Positions 60,251 to 64,000 of a stretch of DNA of 64,000 nt are shown here, in pieces. Source of the DNA: a bacterium (GTDB lineage: Bacteria > Bacillota_I > Bacilli_A > RFN20 > CAG-826); the NCBI GenBank assembly GCA_963651465.1, contig CAVJPS010000010.1:52793-116792 (forward strand), written 5' to 3'. The notes below the pieces were generated by a model. It ran no database searches, was not told the origin of the DNA, and saw only the letters and a program-made list of their open reading frames with translations. The position numbers and the translations under genes were made by a program. Position 1 is the first letter of the stretch. The number at the start of each line of letters is the position of its first letter.

Positions 60251-61762
60251 TTAGTTCTCCTTTCTTCTTTTAAATTTTCTAGTTGCCTCAATTGCAATTT
60301 TCCAACCTTCATAACGATATTCGATATCTTCTTTTGTAAAAGTTGGTTCAAATACTTGAGCGTATTCTTTTAATGCTCTAATTTCTTCAAGATTTTTCCA
60401 ATAACCGGTAAATAATCCAGCTAAATAAGCAACGCCTAATGCAGTGGTTTCAAGTGTTTTAGGCTTTTTTATTTGGATTCCTAAAATATCACTTTGGAAT
60501 TGCATTAAGAAATTATTTGATGTAACTCCACCATCTACACAAAGTGAATGTAAACTAACATTTGATGATTTTTGCATAGCTTCAACTAAGTCTTTTGCTT
60601 GATATGCTATAGCTTCTAAAGTTGCTCTAATAATATGATCTTTTGTAGTTCCTCTTGTTATACCAAACATTGCACCGCGAGCTTCATTATCCCAATAAGG
60701 AGTTCCTAAACCGACAAATGCAGGAACGACATAAACACCATCTGTAGATTCAACACGCAATGAATATTTTTCACTGTCTTTTGGATTTGTTAAAAATTTC
60801 ATTCCGTCTTTTAACCATTGGACAGCAGCACCAGCAATAAATACTGAACCTTCTAGTGCATAAGTTGCTTTCCCATCTAATCCCCATGCAATTGTTGTCA
60901 GTAAACCATCTTTATCAAAAACTGGAGCGTCACCAATGTTCATTAACATAAAACATCCAGTACCATAAGTATTTTTAGCTTTACCTGGTTCATAACAACA
61001 TTGACCAAATAAAGAAGCTTGTTGGTCACCAGCAACACCACTAATTGGAATCATTTTTCCATCAGTAAAAGGTAAAATTTTAGTTGCGTAACCAAATAGA
61101 GAACTACTATCTTGTACTTTTGGTAACATACATTCTGGTATATTAAATAATTCAAGAAGTTCACGATCCCAAGTTAAATTATTAATATTAAATAACAAAG
61201 TACGAGATGCGTTTGTATAATCTGTAACATGTGATTCACCATTAGTTAAATTCCAGATTAACCATGTATCAATAGTTCCAAATAATAATTCACCTTTCTC
61301 TGCCCTTTCTTGAGCACCTTCAACATGATCTAAAATCCATCTTATTTTGGATGCACTGAAGTAAGGATTAATATTTAAACCAGTTTTGGATTTAACCATA
61401 TCGTTATATCCTTGTTCAATTAGCTTTTCACAAATTTCATTTGATTGACGAGATTGCCAAACAACAGCATTATAAATTGGTTTTCCTGTCTTTTTATCCC
61501 AAATAATTGCTGTTTCACGTTGATTCGTGATACCAATAGCGTCGACTTGTGCGAAAGAAATATTAAAATTAATAACACAATCAAAAGCAACCTCACGAGT
61601 TATTTCCCAAATTTCCTCAGGATTATGCTCAACCCATCCCGGTTGAGGATAAATTTGTTTTAAGTCTTTTTGTACTTGACATACATTATTGCCTTTATGA
61701 TCAAACAAAATAGCTCTTGAACTAGTTGTTCCTTGATCAATAGATAAAATATATTTTTCCAT
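60251..61762 (-). CDS. glpK: Glycerol kinase
   Basis: IDQGTTSSR and FGTxDTWL motifs, full-length FGGY kinase. RBS AGGAGAAAG. Confidence 0.95.
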   Translation of the reverse strand: MEKYILSIDQGTTSSRAILFDHKGNNVCQVQKDLKQIYPQPGWVEHNPEEIWEITREVAFDCVINFNISFAQVDAIGITNQRETAIIWDKKTGKPIYNAVVWQSRQSNEICEKLIEQGYNDMVKSKTGLNINPYFSASKIRWILDHVEGAQERAEKGELLFGTIDTWLIWNLTNGESHVTDYTNASRTLLFNINNLTWDRELLELFNIPECMLPKVQDSSSLFGYATKILPFTDGKMIPISGVAGDQQASLFGQCCYEPGKAKNTYGTGCFMLMNIGDAPVFDKDGLLTTIAWGLDGKATYALEGSVFIAGAAVQWLKDGMKFLTNPKDSEKYSLRVESTDGVYVVPAFVGLGTPYWDNEARGAMFGITRGTTKDHIIRATLEAIAYQAKDLVEAMQKSSNVSLHSLCVDGGVTSNNFLMQFQSDILGIQIKKPKTLETTALGVAYLAGLFTGYWKNLEEIRALKEYAQVFEPTFTKEDIEYRYEGWKIAIEATRKFKRRKEN

Positions 61763-61794
61763 ATGCTTTCTCCTAACAATTATAATAATATCAT

Positions 61795-61808
61795 TGTAAG
61801 CGCTTTTA
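61795..61808. promoter_or_regulatory. Candidate catabolite-responsive element (cre) in the glpK promoter region
   Basis: TGTAAGCGCTTTTA matches the cre consensus TGWNANCGNTNWCA at 13/14 positions. Lies between a TATAAT-like -10 and upstream sequences of minus-strand glpK. Confidence 0.4.
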
Positions 61809-61856
61809 TTCTATATTTAACCACATAAAATAATAATTGTTTTAAGATACTGGGTA

Positions 61857-61884
61857 AAAGAAAAACCGTACAAATAATACGGTC
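61857..61884 (-). terminator. Intrinsic terminator downstream of surE
   Basis: ACCGTA-CAAATAAT-TACGGT hairpin plus T-run on the minus strand. Confidence 0.55.
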
Positions 61885-61889
61885 TAAAT

Positions 61890-62600
61890 CTATTTGATAG
61901 AATTTTTTAAAAAATTAAAGATTTCTTGATTAAAAAACGACTTGCTAAGAGGAGTTATCGATATAATATCGTTTTTTACGCAATACACATCCGTGTCTTG
62001 CTCAATAATATTTTCTTCTTCAATTCTTGAACGATAATATAAGTTGTCTTCTTTTAAATTAAATGTATCTATATCGTTTCTGTAATAAAGGCGAGTTAAT
62101 TTTATATCATTAACTTTTCCACTAGTTGGAAAATTAATACTACAAAAATAATCTTGAGATAACAAATTATTATTAAAAACATAATCTAGTGCATATTTTA
62201 AATTATTTGACATTAATTCAAAATCTTTAACTTCAGCACTTATAGCAATAGCCGGTTTTTTAAATTTTAATGCCTCAAGACATATACCAATAGTACCAGA
62301 ATACATTGTATCGTAAGTTATATTAAGTCCATGATTACATCCAGACACAACAATATCAAAATCAAGTTTTAAAACATCGTAGCCAATATCGACACAATCA
62401 ACTGGGGTACCATCTACAATAAAAAGATTATCATTTACTTTTTCTACTTTGATACCACCAAAAGAAATCGAACATCCTTTAGCTGACATATGATTACGTG
62501 GAGCAACTATATAAACCTCTCCGTATTTTTTTAAAACTTCAGAAACAATTTTAATTCCTTCAGCATTATATCCGTCATCGTTACACAATAAAAACTTCAC
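61890..62600 (-). CDS. surE: 5'/3'-nucleotidase SurE
   Basis: MKFLLCNDDGYNAEG N-terminal metal-binding motif. 236 aa. Confidence 0.85.
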   Translation of the reverse strand: MKFLLCNDDGYNAEGIKIVSEVLKKYGEVYIVAPRNHMSAKGCSISFGGIKVEKVNDNLFIVDGTPVDCVDIGYDVLKLDFDIVVSGCNHGLNITYDTMYSGTIGICLEALKFKKPAIAISAEVKDFELMSNNLKYALDYVFNNNLLSQDYFCSINFPTSGKVNDIKLTRLYYRNDIDTFNLKEDNLYYRSRIEEENIIEQDTDVYCVKNDIISITPLSKSFFNQEIFNFLKNSIK

Positions 62601-63781
62601 TATTCGTCTTCCTCTAATACTAACACTTCTTTTAAAATTTCTAACAATTCATATTTATCCATTAAGCGTGGAACTGGATATAGAGGATTACCTTCTTTAT
62701 CAGCACGAGTTACGATAGTTATAAAATCATCAGACTTTAATTCTTTAATCTTATTAGGAATTCCCATTTCATTATTCATTTCAATAATTTTTTCAATAAT
62801 ATTTAAATTAGGTTTTCCAATATCAATAGCTAATTGATTCAATTTTTTTTCACATTTTGGACCAAAAGCTTTTAATACATAAGGCAATAAAATTGCGTTT
62901 GCTTCCCCATGTTGTACGTTATATAAACCACCCATTTGATGAGCTAATGCATGAACATAGCCAACATAGCCACGGGTGAAAGCAGCTCCAGCTAATGTCG
63001 CAGCTAATTGCATATTCTTACGAGCTTCAATATTGTTTCCATCATGATATGCATCTAATAAATTATCTAATATCAATTTTGTAGCTTCTATAGAATCTTT
63101 TCGTGTTTGTTTTGTATTAGATCCACCAATATAACATTCAATTGCATGGGTTAAAGCATCCATTCCAGTAATAGCAGTTAAATACGGTGGCAAAGAACAT
63201 GTTAATTTTGGTTCAAGTATTGCAACACAAGGAACTAATTTTGGATCATTAATAGGAAATTTTTCATGAGTAAAATCGTCAGTTATGACTGCTGCTACTG
63301 TAGCTTCACTACCACTACCAGCAGTCGTTGGTGCTACATATAATGGAATAAGTTTATGTTTGATTTTTAGTAAACCTTTCATTTTTCGAATTGATTGACG
63401 TGGATTTGAAATCCTAGCAGCTGTAGCTTTACCTAAATCAATAATAGAACCGCCACCAATTGCAACAATACAGTCACAGTTATTTTGTTTAAATATATCA
63501 GTCATTTCCTCAACCATATTGATTGTAGGATTTATAAAATCTTTTACTTCAACATGATTATCTGTTTTAGATATAAAATCAGTAATAATGCTATTTTTTG
63601 ACAAAAAAGAAGGTAATAAAATTAATGGCTTTTTAATACCTTGTTTTTTAAAATCTTCTATAACAATATCAAAAGCATTTTCGTTATTAATAATTCTCGG
63701 TTTAGGCCATTTAATAAGCTTTGCACTAACCCTCATTACTGATTGGTAAAATCTACATCCAAATTTTCTTACAATATTCAT
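62600..63781 (-). CDS. Iron-containing (group III) alcohol dehydrogenase
   Basis: GGGSIIDLGKA NAD motif, His-rich metal site (HAIEC...HALAH). 393 aa. RBS AGGAGGAAT. Confidence 0.85.
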   Translation of the reverse strand: MNIVRKFGCRFYQSVMRVSAKLIKWPKPRIINNENAFDIVIEDFKKQGIKKPLILLPSFLSKNSIITDFISKTDNHVEVKDFINPTINMVEEMTDIFKQNNCDCIVAIGGGSIIDLGKATAARISNPRQSIRKMKGLLKIKHKLIPLYVAPTTAGSGSEATVAAVITDDFTHEKFPINDPKLVPCVAILEPKLTCSLPPYLTAITGMDALTHAIECYIGGSNTKQTRKDSIEATKLILDNLLDAYHDGNNIEARKNMQLAATLAGAAFTRGYVGYVHALAHQMGGLYNVQHGEANAILLPYVLKAFGPKCEKKLNQLAIDIGKPNLNIIEKIIEMNNEMGIPNKIKELKSDDFITIVTRADKEGNPLYPVPRLMDKYELLEILKEVLVLEEDE

Positions 63782-64000
63782 ATTAATTCCTCCTGATTAC
63801 ATTATAAAACAAAAAAATGATAACACACAGCAATTTAAAACCATGGATTAGAATCTAATATAATTTTTTTGTTAGTGATAGGGTGAGTGAATTCTAAGTG
63901 TGAAGAATGTAAATGCATTTTAAGTTTACAATCTTTTAAGTTTCCGTATAAAAAGTCATTTACAATAGGGCATCCCTCTGAGGCAAAATGAACTCTTATT

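Noticed and set aside
1-64000. Possible UGA-as-Trp (Mollicutes) genetic code
   Set aside because: All conserved genes (argS, gltX, mutS, recA and others) are full-length under the standard code. TGA acts as a real stop, for example in the der/gpsA ATGA overlap.
1-64000. CRISPR arrays, prophage, restriction-modification or toxin-antitoxin systems
   Set aside because: No short direct-repeat arrays, no cas, phage structural, methyltransferase or TA gene signatures seen on either strand. The only mobile-element hint is the tRNA-adjacent regulator remnant.
63860-64000. Possible minus-strand gene 3' end (...NKSSFCLRGMPYCK*) or plus-strand start (ATG 63988 after GAGG) at the window edge
   Set aside because: Too little sequence to distinguish a real CDS from chance. 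No feature called.

Overview
This window is an AT-rich (about 30% GC) chromosomal segment using the standard genetic code. It looks like a low-GC Firmicutes, Erysipelotrichia or Acholeplasma-like organism: Bacillus-type gene order, SSC/TSC lipoboxes, and no in-frame TGA. Most genes are on the minus strand and tightly packed, with many overlapping start and stop codons.

Main content, in order:
- The window opens inside a class-II tRNA (3' end at position 46). A frameshifted XRE-family HTH regulator remnant follows, with candidate operator repeats.
- A surface lipoprotein nuclease (lamin-tail domain plus SNase domain) and a NifU-like protein.
- Housekeeping genes: suhB-like IMPase, nrnA, fba, rpoE, DUF1934-argS, gltX-ispF-ychF, and cspA.
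- A very AT-rich three-gene MacB/FtsX-type ABC block with large Asn-rich extracytoplasmic domains.
- A run with Bacillus-like synteny: fhs with a translationally coupled small zinc-binding ORF, tcdA-miaA-mutL-mutS, ymcA-miaB, ymdB-rny, and recA-cinA(C-terminal)-pgsA.
- A type-B RNase P RNA (rnpB). The ORF track covers it with spurious ORFs.
- A DnaQ-like exonuclease, recU, nth-dnaD, an unusually short 221-aa CCA-type nucleotidyltransferase, hup, gpsA-der-cmk, and a ferredoxin.
- An FMN riboswitch with a terminator attenuator controlling an ECF riboflavin S-component (ribU).
- rluB, an orphan parA/soj, rsmG-mnmG, and a complete sufCDSUB operon.
- Two tandem large lipoproteins, the first with a PrsA/parvulin domain, followed by a HIT protein, yhaM, a recX-like gene, an M24 aminopeptidase, an XRE regulator, and degV.
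- A glycerol module: glpK plus a three-component GlpA-like FAD dehydrogenase with a BFD [2Fe-2S] domain, an NAD/FAD oxidoreductase and a DUF1667 protein, with a candidate cre site.
- surE and an Fe-type alcohol dehydrogenase.

I found no CRISPR array, no phage, and no obvious defence island. The least ordinary items are the tRNA-adjacent regulator remnant, the compositionally aberrant ABC/FtsX block, the truncated CCA enzyme, the fhs-coupled micro-ORF, and the lipoprotein pair.
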